NCBI GenBank assembly: GCA_041577335.1 | Contig: JBFGJH010000026.1 | Coordinates: 1-38,757, forward strand | Length of the DNA: 38,757 nt | Direction of reading: 5' to 3' | DNA from: Acidimicrobiia bacterium | GTDB taxonomy: Bacteria > Actinomycetota > Acidimicrobiia > Spongiisociales > JAENVV01 | Part shown: one piece after another, positions 8,866-16,394 of the stretch | Position numbering within the stretch: position 1 is the first letter of the stretch | Layout of the letters: each line of letters begins with the position of its first letter | Program-made: the position numbers and the translations under genes | The notes under the pieces: generated by a model | Told to the model about the DNA's origin: nothing | Seen by the model: only the letters and a program-made list of their open reading frames with translations | Database searches by the model: none

Positions 8866-9444
8866 ATGCCATCAGAAGCCGAAGTCCGAGATGTGGTTCG
8901 CCGAGTGGTGGCCGGGCTCGCCGTCGAATCGGACTCGCCGGCCGCGGCCGCTTCTCTCGTCGCCCCCGCCGAACAACCTTCCCATGTCACGATCGCCATC
9001 GGTTGCGATCACGGTGGTTTCCCGCTCAAGGAGCGGCTGGGGTTCCGACTCAAGGAGCAGGGCTACTCCGTTGTCGATTGCGGCACCCACAGCGCCGAGT
9101 CGGTCGACTATCCCGATTTTGCCCATGCCGTCGCCGAGCAAGTGTCTCGAGGAGACGCAACCTATGGGATCATCATCGACGGAGCAGGCATTGGGTCTGC
9201 CATGGTGGCGAACAAGGTGCCAGGAGTCAGAGCAGCCCTGTGCTACGACCTGTCGAGCGCCCGCAACTCACGAGAGCACAACCATGCCAACGTGTTGACG
9301 CTGGGCGCCGGACTGATCGGCGCCAACCTCGCCCAACAGATCACCGAAACGTGGCTCGAGACGCCTTGGGGACCTGGCCGGCATGCCAATCGTGTCGACA
9401 AGATCACAGCAGTCGAACACAGATACCTCCGGAGTGAGACATGA
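8866..9444 (+). CDS. rpiB: RpiB/LacAB-family sugar-phosphate isomerase with N-terminal encapsulation peptide (BMC cargo)
   Basis: IAIGCDHGG, SVDYPD, ANKVPGVRAA, REHNHANVL, GRHANRV motifs. N-terminal helix SEAEVRDVVRRVVAGL plus Ala/Pro linker. Start at 8866 preferred (TAACGT 8 nt upstream); 8785 is an alternative. Confidence 0.88.
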   Translation: MPSEAEVRDVVRRVVAGLAVESDSPAAAASLVAPAEQPSHVTIAIGCDHGGFPLKERLGFRLKEQGYSVVDCGTHSAESVDYPDFAHAVAEQVSRGDATYGIIIDGAGIGSAMVANKVPGVRAALCYDLSSARNSREHNHANVLTLGAGLIGANLAQQITETWLETPWGPGRHANRVDKITAVEHRYLRSET

Positions 9445-10289
9445 ATCAACAAGAGCTCGTTGAAGCCGTCACCCGAGAAGTCCTTGCGGCTCTCAACGTC
9501 GGCGACCCATGCGAGGACTGCCACGGTTCCTGTGCCGCCCACAGCCCGGACAAGGTGCGCAGCGTGGTTGCCAACGGGGCCGACCGGGTCAGCTATCACG
9601 GGCAGGGCGCCGAGGTTCCCATGGACCTGGCCAAGTACATCGACCACACCCTGCTGAAGCCGGATGCGACGGCCGATGACATCGACACGCTCTGCGCAGA
9701 GGCCAAGGACTACGGATTCGCCTCCGTATGTGTGAACCCGGCATGGGTGAAGCGGGCCGCCCAGAATCTGCGGGGTAGTGATGTTCGGGTCGCGTCGGTG
9801 GTTGGGTTTCCGTTCGGTGCGACACCGTCGGAGATCAAGGCGATGGAGGCGCGGCGGGTGCTCCGCGATGGGGCTCGCGAAATCGACATGGTCATCAACA
9901 TTGGCGCGCTGAAGTCGGGTCAGCACGACGTTGTGCGGAGTGACATCGCCAAGGTGTCCGACGCATGTCACGAGGTCGGGGCCCTCAACAAGGTCATCAT
10001 CGAAACGAGCCTGCTCGCGGACGAGGAGAAGGTGATCGCTTCCCACCTCGCCCAGCTGGCCAAGGCCGACTACGTGAAGACGTCGACCGGCTTCGCCGGC
10101 GGAGGGGCCACCGTTCAAGACGTCCTCCTCATGCGCGAAACCGTCGGTCCCAAGATGGGAATCAAGGCGTCGGGTGGCGTCCGCAATCGCGAAGACGCCG
10201 AGGAGATGATCGCCGCCGGGGCCACCCGCATCGGAGCTTCAGCAGGAATCGTGATCGTTACAGGAGGAACTTCAGATGGGCAATATTGA
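9441..10289 (+). CDS. deoC: Deoxyribose-phosphate aldolase (DERA) with encapsulation peptide and Cys/His-rich N-terminal module
   Basis: [34 protein letters not shown] (Schiff-base Lys), [16 protein letters not shown] motifs. Confidence 0.95.
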   Translation: MNQQELVEAVTREVLAALNVGDPCEDCHGSCAAHSPDKVRSVVANGADRVSYHGQGAEVPMDLAKYIDHTLLKPDATADDIDTLCAEAKDYGFASVCVNPAWVKRAAQNLRGSDVRVASVVGFPFGATPSEIKAMEARRVLRDGAREIDMVINIGALKSGQHDVVRSDIAKVSDACHEVGALNKVIIETSLLADEEKVIASHLAQLAKADYVKTSTGFAGGGATVQDVLLMRETVGPKMGIKASGGVRNREDAEEMIAAGATRIGASAGIVIVTGGTSDGQY

Positions 10290-10902
10290 ACTACGGTCGT
10301 TCGTGTTCCTCGACAGCCTCCAGCCGCAATACGCCGCGTTCATCGGCACCACCGCCTCGGGCTTTCTCCCACTTGCCCATGAAGCGTCGCTCTTCGTCGA
10401 GATTTCGCCAGGCATCGAGATCAACCGGCTCACCGACGTGGCATTGAAGTCCAACGCCGTGAAGCCGGGCATGCAGATCGTCGAGCGAGTATTCGGCCTG
10501 CTGGAAGTGCATTCGCCCGATCAGGCCGAGACCCGCGGCGCCGGCGCGGCGATCCTCGAAGCCGTCGATCTCAAGGAGGCGGACCGGCTGAAGCCGAAGA
10601 TCTTGTCGAGCCAGATCGTGCGCCGCATCGACGATCACCAGGCGCAGCTCATCAACCGTATGCGCCACGGTCAGATGATCACGCCGGGCCAGACCTTGTA
10701 TGTGTTGGAGTGCATACCGGCAGCGTACGCAGCGCTGGCAGCCAACGAGGCGGAGAAGGCCGCCAAGATCAACGTGCTCGAAGTGCGTGCTTTCGGCGCC
10801 GTCGGTCGGGTCTATCTCGGTGGAGAAGAGGCTGACATCGATGTTGGTTGGAGAGCGGCGGTGGCTGCCCTCGAGGGCATCACCGGTCGCGATCAAGACT
10901 GA
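10276..10902 (+). CDS. BMC-T shell protein, CcmP/CsoS1D-like stacked permuted tandem type
   Basis: [40 protein letters not shown] and [11 protein letters not shown] motifs; SD CAGGAGG. Confidence 0.88.
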   Translation: MGNIELRSFVFLDSLQPQYAAFIGTTASGFLPLAHEASLFVEISPGIEINRLTDVALKSNAVKPGMQIVERVFGLLEVHSPDQAETRGAGAAILEAVDLKEADRLKPKILSSQIVRRIDDHQAQLINRMRHGQMITPGQTLYVLECIPAAYAALAANEAEKAAKINVLEVRAFGAVGRVYLGGEEADIDVGWRAAVAALEGITGRDQD

Positions 10903-10937
10903 GTTTCGAAACGAATCACAAAGAGGAGGAACAACAC

Positions 10938-11222
10938 ATGGCTGATGCATTGGGAATGATCGAAGCGCGCAGCTTCCCGGCGATGGTCGAGGCTGCCGAT
11001 GCGATGGTGAAGGCGGCCAAGGTAGAGCTGGTTTCCTATGAAGAAACGGGCGGAGGCTACGTGACCGCCGTGATCCGCGGTGACGTCGCAGCTGTCAAGG
11101 CGGCCGTCGAGGCCGGTTTGCGCGGCGCAGAACGCGTCGGCGAGATCGTAGCCAGCCACGTCATCGCCCGTCCGCACGAAACCATCGACGAGATCCTGCC
11201 CCTCGGCCGTCGAGAAAGCTAG
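10938..11222 (+). CDS. BMC-H hexameric shell protein (EutM/PduA/CcmK-like)
   Basis: MADALGMIE...[11 protein letters not shown]...[10 protein letters not shown]...HVIARPH; strong SD AAGAGGAGG. Confidence 0.96.
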   Translation: MADALGMIEARSFPAMVEAADAMVKAAKVELVSYEETGGGYVTAVIRGDVAAVKAAVEAGLRGAERVGEIVASHVIARPHETIDEILPLGRRES

Positions 11223-11230
11223 AGGCTCCC

Positions 11231-11518
11231 ATGCTCCTCGCACGCGTTGCGGGAACCGTGGTGGCCAGCCGCAAGGAACCGCGGCTCGACGGGCTGAAGT
11301 TCTTGCTCCTCGAGCAGCTCGACGTCGACAACAAGGCCACGGGCAGCTATGTCGTGGCTGCAGACGCGGTCGGTGCGGGCGTTGGCGAAGTCGTCATGTA
11401 CGCCAGCGGCAGCTCGGCTCGCCAAACCGAGTACACCCATGAGCGACCATGTGATGCAGTGGTCATGGCGATCGTCGACTCGTGGGAGGTGGGCGGCGAT
11501 GACCGCTTCACCAAGTAG
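11231..11518 (+). CDS. BMC-P vertex protein (EutN/CcmL family)
   Basis: [44 protein letters not shown] motifs. Confidence 0.95.
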   Translation: MLLARVAGTVVASRKEPRLDGLKFLLLEQLDVDNKATGSYVVAADAVGAGVGEVVMYASGSSARQTEYTHERPCDAVVMAIVDSWEVGGDDRFTK

Positions 11519-11521
11519 GCC

Positions 11522-12979
11522 ATGAGCCTGTCGGAGGAAGAAATCCAGGCGATCATCGCCCGGGTTCACCAACGTTTGGGAGATGTGCCCGCCGGATCTC
11601 GGCCGGCGGCGGCGGTGGCCGCCCAGTCGGAGCTCGAGGCCGAGATCGAGCTCGGCGACGGCATTTTCCGTACCATCGACGAAGCGGTGACCGCGGCCGG
11701 CCGAGCCCAGGTGAGCTATGCCGCGATGGGTCTCAAGGCTCGCTACGACATCATCGAAGGCATCCGCCGGTCGATGCGTGACAACGCCGAGTCGCTGGCG
11801 ATGCTGGCGCATACCGAAACCGGCCTCGGCCGGGATGAGGACAAGGTCAAAAAGAACCGGCTGGTGATCGAAAAGACGCCGGGACCCGAAGACCTCGAGC
11901 CACAGGCGGTGACCGGCGACGCCGGCATGGCCGTGATCGAATGGGCTCCACTGGGACTGGTGGGGGCCATCACGCCCACCACCAACCCGACGTCGACCAT
12001 CATCAACAACACCATTTCGATCCTGTCGGGCGGCAACGCCGTGGTGTTCAACGTTCACCCCGGAGCCAAGAAGGTCTCGGCTGAGAACATCCGGCTCATG
12101 AATCGCGCCGTGGTGGCGAGTGGCGGTCCACCCAACCTCATCACGGCGATACCCACCCCGACCATCGACAGCGCCAAGGAGTTGATGACTCATCCCGGTG
12201 TGCGAGTCCTGCTGGTGACCGGCGGCCCTGCCGTGGTGCGCGAGGCGCTTCGCACCGACAAACGAGCCGTCGCGGCTGGTCCCGGCAACCCGCCCGTCGT
12301 CGTCGACGAAACGGCGGATATCGAAAGAGCCGCCCGGGCCATCGTGGCGGGAGCGTCGTTCGACAACAACATCATTTGCACCGACGAAAAGGAGGCGATC
12401 GTCGTCGACTCGGTTGCTGATCGCCTGCTGCGAGAGATGGCCGGAGCAGGTGCGTACGTCCTCAAGCAACACGAGCTCAAACGGCTCGAGCGGGTGATCT
12501 TTCGCGAAATGGGGCCGCCCAACAAGCCGGGGGTCATCAACCCGCAATGGATCGGCAAGAACGCTGCCGTCATCCTCAACGAGATCGGGCTGCAACTCGA
12601 CCAGGACGTTCGCCTGGCAGTGGCCGAGGTCCCCAACGATCACAATCTCGTGTGGACCGAGCAGATGATGCCGGTCTTCCCGGTTACCAGGGTCGCCAAT
12701 GTCGACGCCGCCATCGACCTTGCGGTCCGGGCGGAGCACGGATTCCGTCACACCGCAGGCATTCACTCGACCAACGTCGAGACCATCACCAAGATGGCCA
12801 GAGCCATGAACTGTTCGATCTTCGTGGCCAACGGATCGTTCTTCTCCGGCCTCGGAGAAGGCGGCGAGGGCTACTCGTCGTTTTCCATCGCCAGTCCCAC
12901 CGGAGACGGCCTCACCCGATCGCGTACGTTCTCCCGGCCACGCCGAGTGAACGTCGTCGGCGCATTGCGGATCGTCTGA
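11522..12979 (+). CDS. Acylating aldehyde dehydrogenase (EutE/PduP-like) with encapsulation peptide
   Basis: PTTNP, VTGGPAVV, GPGNPP, SFDNNIICTDEKE (catalytic Cys), EQMMP, EHGFRHTA motifs; N-terminal helix SEEEIQAIIARVHQRL. Confidence 0.93.
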   Translation: MSLSEEEIQAIIARVHQRLGDVPAGSRPAAAVAAQSELEAEIELGDGIFRTIDEAVTAAGRAQVSYAAMGLKARYDIIEGIRRSMRDNAESLAMLAHTETGLGRDEDKVKKNRLVIEKTPGPEDLEPQAVTGDAGMAVIEWAPLGLVGAITPTTNPTSTIINNTISILSGGNAVVFNVHPGAKKVSAENIRLMNRAVVASGGPPNLITAIPTPTIDSAKELMTHPGVRVLLVTGGPAVVREALRTDKRAVAAGPGNPPVVVDETADIERAARAIVAGASFDNNIICTDEKEAIVVDSVADRLLREMAGAGAYVLKQHELKRLERVIFREMGPPNKPGVINPQWIGKNAAVILNEIGLQLDQDVRLAVAEVPNDHNLVWTEQMMPVFPVTRVANVDAAIDLAVRAEHGFRHTAGIHSTNVETITKMARAMNCSIFVANGSFFSGLGEGGEGYSSFSIASPTGDGLTRSRTFSRPRRVNVVGALRIV

Positions 12980-12986
12980 GGGCCCG

Positions 12987-13583
12987 TTGACCGATAACCA
13001 GCGCTTGGGAACGGCCATCGGGCTGCTCGAGTACAGCTCGATCGCCGCGGGAATCGAAGCAGGGGACGCCATGGTGAAACGAGCCCCGCTCGACGTGATT
13101 CGAGCAGGGACCGTCCATCCGGGCCGCTACCTGGTCCTCGTGGGAGGAGAAGTGGCAGACATCGAAGAGGCGATCGATGCGGCTCGACAAAAGGACACCG
13201 ATCAGCTCGTCGACGAGCTATTCCTCCCCGACCCCCATCCCGATCTCGTCGATGCGTTGGCCGGTCTGAGGGTTACCGGGACGGGCGAGGCGCTCGGGAT
13301 CATCGAGACCTTGTCGGTCGCCGCCATCATTCGCTCGGCAGACGCCGGCCTCAAGGGGGCCCGAGTGGTGCTGCGAGAGATCTTCCTGGCCGATGATCTC
13401 GGCGGCAAGGGATACTTGCTGTTCTCGGGCCAACTCACGGAAGTAGAAGCCGCCGTGGAACTGGGTGTTGCCAGAGCGCCCGGAGAGGTCCTCGCCTGGA
13501 GAGTCATAGCGCAGCTCCACGAGGAGATGGACGAGAATCTCGCCGCCGACGGACGATTCTCCGCCCGGATGAAGGAGGGATGA
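12987..13583 (+). CDS. BMC-T shell protein, PduT-like single-layer tandem type
   Basis: Two BMC domains, AIGLLEYSSIAAGIEAGDAMVK and ALGIIETLSVAAIIRSADAGLK, plus LGGKG; TTG start. Confidence 0.9.
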   Translation: MTDNQRLGTAIGLLEYSSIAAGIEAGDAMVKRAPLDVIRAGTVHPGRYLVLVGGEVADIEEAIDAARQKDTDQLVDELFLPDPHPDLVDALAGLRVTGTGEALGIIETLSVAAIIRSADAGLKGARVVLREIFLADDLGGKGYLLFSGQLTEVEAAVELGVARAPGEVLAWRVIAQLHEEMDENLAADGRFSARMKEG

Positions 13584-13587
13584 TTCG

Positions 13588-13890
13588 GTGCACCTGGGCC
13601 GAGTGATCGGGACGGTGGTCGCCACCGAGAAGACCCCCAACCTCGATGGGGTTCGGTTCCTCATCGTCCAGCCACTGACCCGCGACGAGAAGCCTGACGG
13701 GCGGCCAGTGATTGCCGCTGACGGGCTTGCCACAGCCGGGCCGGGTGAGCTCGTGTACTTCGTCGGCTCCCGGGAGGCAGCGCAGGCCATGCCAGAGCCA
13801 TTCGTCCCAGTGGACCACGCCATCGTCGGCATCGTCGATCAACTCCATGTCGAGCCATTGCCGGCCAAGAAACGAAAGCGAAAGAAATGA
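13588..13890 (+). CDS. BMC-P vertex protein (EutN/CcmL family) with basic C-terminal tail
   Basis: HLGRVIGTVVATEK, AGPGE, SREAA, PVDHAIVGIVD motifs; GTG start after AAGGAGG. Confidence 0.93.
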   Translation: MHLGRVIGTVVATEKTPNLDGVRFLIVQPLTRDEKPDGRPVIAADGLATAGPGELVYFVGSREAAQAMPEPFVPVDHAIVGIVDQLHVEPLPAKKRKRKK

Positions 13891-14156
13891 AGCTCGCCCG
13901 AGTCTCCGGCACCGTGGTATCCACGATCAGCGCCCCGATCTTCGACAACCAACGCCTGCTGCTGTGCGACTATGTCGATCCCGACGGCAGTCCTTCTGGT
14001 GGCTATGTCATCGCAGTCGATACGGTTGACGCTGGACCAGGTGAGATCGTTCTCATCCTCGATGAGGGCAACGGTGCCCGCCAGATCATGGGTGAGACCA
14101 CCGCCCCCATCCGTGCCGTGGTCGTAGGCATCGTCGACGAGGTGGCCCCGGCCTAG
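13887..14156 (+). CDS. BMC-P vertex protein (EutN/CcmL family)
   Basis: MKLARVSGTVVST, AVDTVDAGPGE, DEGNGARQ, PIRAVVVGIVD motifs; ATGA overlap with the previous gene. Confidence 0.93.
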   Translation: MKLARVSGTVVSTISAPIFDNQRLLLCDYVDPDGSPSGGYVIAVDTVDAGPGEIVLILDEGNGARQIMGETTAPIRAVVVGIVDEVAPA

Positions 14157-14437
14157 CTTCTCGTGTCCGGCGCACGAGCGCGTGAGGTGGGGATCCCGGT
14201 TCTCGCTTTGGCTGCGCACTGGGTGAAGCGGCTGACGGGCCATTGGCCTCTAGGCCCAGCGGCACCACGGAGGAGAATCATCGTGTTCCCTGTCGCAGCG
14301 TGTCCCGCAATCCGAGACCGTGGGCACGGAAAGGAGGTTGGTGCGGAGGGAATATCCACCGCAGTCTCGAGCCGGCACGAGCGGCGAGTTCACTTCATCC
14401 CGTTCGTGCGCGATCCTGCGAAATGAGAAGGGGGTTG

Positions 14438-14932
14438 ATGATGAGAACGAGATTTCGTGCCTTGTCCGTGATGAGCTTGCTTGTGCTTCTCTTTGTTGTG
14501 GCAGCTCCGGTCCGGGCGGACTCGCCGATCGATGTCGAGGGCCACTGGACCTACTACGTCTTCGACCTGGAAGTCAGGGAAGAAGGATGCGCCACATTCA
14601 TGGTCACATATGACCTCAGTCTTTGGAGTGGTGGCTTCGAGGCCGCCACGATTGACCGAGGTCAAGTGGGGATCAACTGCTCCGGCCTGGCGACATACCG
14701 GGCCCAGAACTACTTCACCGGCGTGACCATCGACGGCAAGTCCGGAGACTTCGTGATGGCCGTAGAAGGTCGCCAGCCTGTGGGAGAAATGTGGCGGGGC
14801 CAATGGGAGATCATCAGTGCCTCGGGGGACCTCGAAGGCATGTACGGATCCGGCACCTGGTGGGGACCCGGTGCGGGCGGACCGTTCATCTGGGGTCATC
14901 TCGACTATGCAGGCACGGTGGCGTTTGACTAG
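14438..14932 (+). CDS. Secreted hypothetical protein, possibly DUF3224-like beta-barrel
   Basis: Signal peptide MMRTRFRALSVMSLLVLLFVVAAPVRA; TIDGKSG and WEIISASGDLEGMYGSG resemble DUF3224-type motifs. Confidence 0.65.
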   Translation: MMRTRFRALSVMSLLVLLFVVAAPVRADSPIDVEGHWTYYVFDLEVREEGCATFMVTYDLSLWSGGFEAATIDRGQVGINCSGLATYRAQNYFTGVTIDGKSGDFVMAVEGRQPVGEMWRGQWEIISASGDLEGMYGSGTWWGPGAGGPFIWGHLDYAGTVAFD

Positions 14933-14964
14933 CGGCCAAGCCGGCTGATCGCCTCGTTTTGCCG

Positions 14965-15001
14965 CCAGGGAGCCCGCATCGTTCCGAGTGTGGGCTCCTG
15001 G
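14965..15001. terminator. Hairpin between convergent genes
   Basis: CCAGGGAGCCCGCAT...GTGTGGGCTCCTGG stem with G-U pairs and one bulge. Confidence 0.5.
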
Positions 15002-15008
15002 GCTTCGC

Positions 15009-15896
15009 TCAGAAATGGCTCCGGATCGCCTTCCGCGGCCCGTATTTGGGAGCCGAGAAACCAGCCGATTTGAGGAGGCGAATGACGCGACCCCGGTGTC
15101 CGGCGAAGGGTTCGAGGAGTTCGAGCATGCGCTCGTCGGTACCTCGTGGTTCGCCGGCCAGTGCCCACGAGACGGTGTTGGGAATGTGAAAGTCTCCCAC
15201 CGGCACTGCGTCGGGGTCGCCGTGCACGGCTCCGGTCACGAGGGCAGCTGTCCACGCCCCGACACCCTGAAACGCAGTGAGCAGGCGGGTCGTTTCGGCT
15301 GGCGCCATGCCGGCCACCGTCTCGAGCTTGCGTGCTCGGGCGGCGACCCTCTTGATGGTCTCGGCTCGTTTCCGCTCAACGCCGAGTGAGTGGTACTCAT
15401 AGCTGGGAAGCCCGGCGAGCACGCTGGGCTCGGGCAACACCCGAAGGGGGCGCGGTCCTGGCGCCGGCTCGCCATGACGGCGCAGAATCGCTTGCAGGCT
15501 GCGTTTGCTTTCGATGCCCGTGACCTTCTGTCCCAAGATCGCGGGGATGAGGGCCTCGAAGACCAGGTGTGTTCGGCCGATGCGATCAGCCGGGTGGTGG
15601 CGCTGGATGCGGACGATCAGAGGATGGTCGGTCACGAAGTCGTCTGGGTTGTCACTGGCACCACACAGGTCGGGAGCGTGCTCGAGAGTCCATTCGGACC
15701 CCGCTCCCCAGGCCGTTGCCTCTGCCGATGTTCCCTGGACACGGATATGAACTGTGGCAGGCCCATCGGGGGTCCGAGTGGCCCGCCACGCTTCGTTTCC
15801 TTCGAAGGCGGTTGTCCCGGTGGTGATGATGGCGGCCGCTCCGATCGTGCCGCCCAGCCTCACCGGTCCCGGCAGTTCGAACTGGCGCTGATTCAT
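15009..15896 (-). CDS. DNA-3-methyladenine glycosylase 2 family (AlkA/HhH-GPD) protein
   Basis: Start MNQRQFEL at 15896. WRATRTPDGPAT, ILGQKVTG, HhH FQGVGAWTA, and GDPDAVPVGDFH motifs. Confidence 0.88.
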   Translation of the reverse strand: MNQRQFELPGPVRLGGTIGAAAIITTGTTAFEGNEAWRATRTPDGPATVHIRVQGTSAEATAWGAGSEWTLEHAPDLCGASDNPDDFVTDHPLIVRIQRHHPADRIGRTHLVFEALIPAILGQKVTGIESKRSLQAILRRHGEPAPGPRPLRVLPEPSVLAGLPSYEYHSLGVERKRAETIKRVAARARKLETVAGMAPAETTRLLTAFQGVGAWTAALVTGAVHGDPDAVPVGDFHIPNTVSWALAGEPRGTDERMLELLEPFAGHRGRVIRLLKSAGFSAPKYGPRKAIRSHF

Positions 15897-15897
15897 G

Positions 15898-16347
15898 TCA
15901 CAGGGGTCGGACGCGGTAGATGAGGCTGCCGGTGGCGACCTTCGTCTCAGTGGCCACCTCGAACACCTCGGCCTGGCAGAACACCGTTGTGGTTCCGCGC
16001 TTGGCCACCCACGCCTCGGCCACGACGTCACTCGTGGCAGCGTCGAGGTAGTCGACATTGAGGCCGAGCGTGATGAGTGCCACCCGATGATCGTAGAACG
16101 CGGCGATTGCCGGTACCACTGCCGTGTCGATGAGTGCCGCGATGGCCCCACCGTGCACGATGTCCTGCGGCTGCATGTTCTCGACCCGCCCGGGGAGCCG
16201 CATACGGGCGTAGCCCGCTCGCACCTCTTCGAGCTGCATGCCGAGGTGTTTCGCCAGATAAGGCGTGTCCCATTGGGCGTACCTGCTCCACGGCCGAGCG
16301 CGGTCCTCATCGAGGGCCTCGAACCGGTGGGCGTGATGCGGATCCAT
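15898..16347 (-). CDS. PaaI-family hotdog thioesterase
   Basis: IVHGGAIAALIDTA, TLGLNVDYL and KRG motifs. Start MDPHH at 16347 with TACGCT 8 nt upstream. Confidence 0.88.
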   Translation of the reverse strand: MDPHHAHRFEALDEDRARPWSRYAQWDTPYLAKHLGMQLEEVRAGYARMRLPGRVENMQPQDIVHGGAIAALIDTAVVPAIAAFYDHRVALITLGLNVDYLDAATSDVVAEAWVAKRGTTTVFCQAEVFEVATETKVATGSLIYRVRPL

Positions 16348-16394
16348 GGTGCGGGAGCGTAGCCGGGCGATAGGCAGCGGCGGGTCGGTGCCGG

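Noticed and set aside
11219..13072. 617-aa minus-strand ORF antisense to BMC-P and AldDH
   Set aside because: Shadow ORF typical of high-GC DNA; no recognisable motifs, and it fully overlaps well-supported genes.
8866..14156. Interpretation as a carboxysome, Eut, Pdu or glycyl-radical microcompartment
   Set aside because: No RuBisCO, ethanolamine ammonia-lyase, diol dehydratase or glycyl-radical enzyme; the cargo is DeoC plus RpiB.
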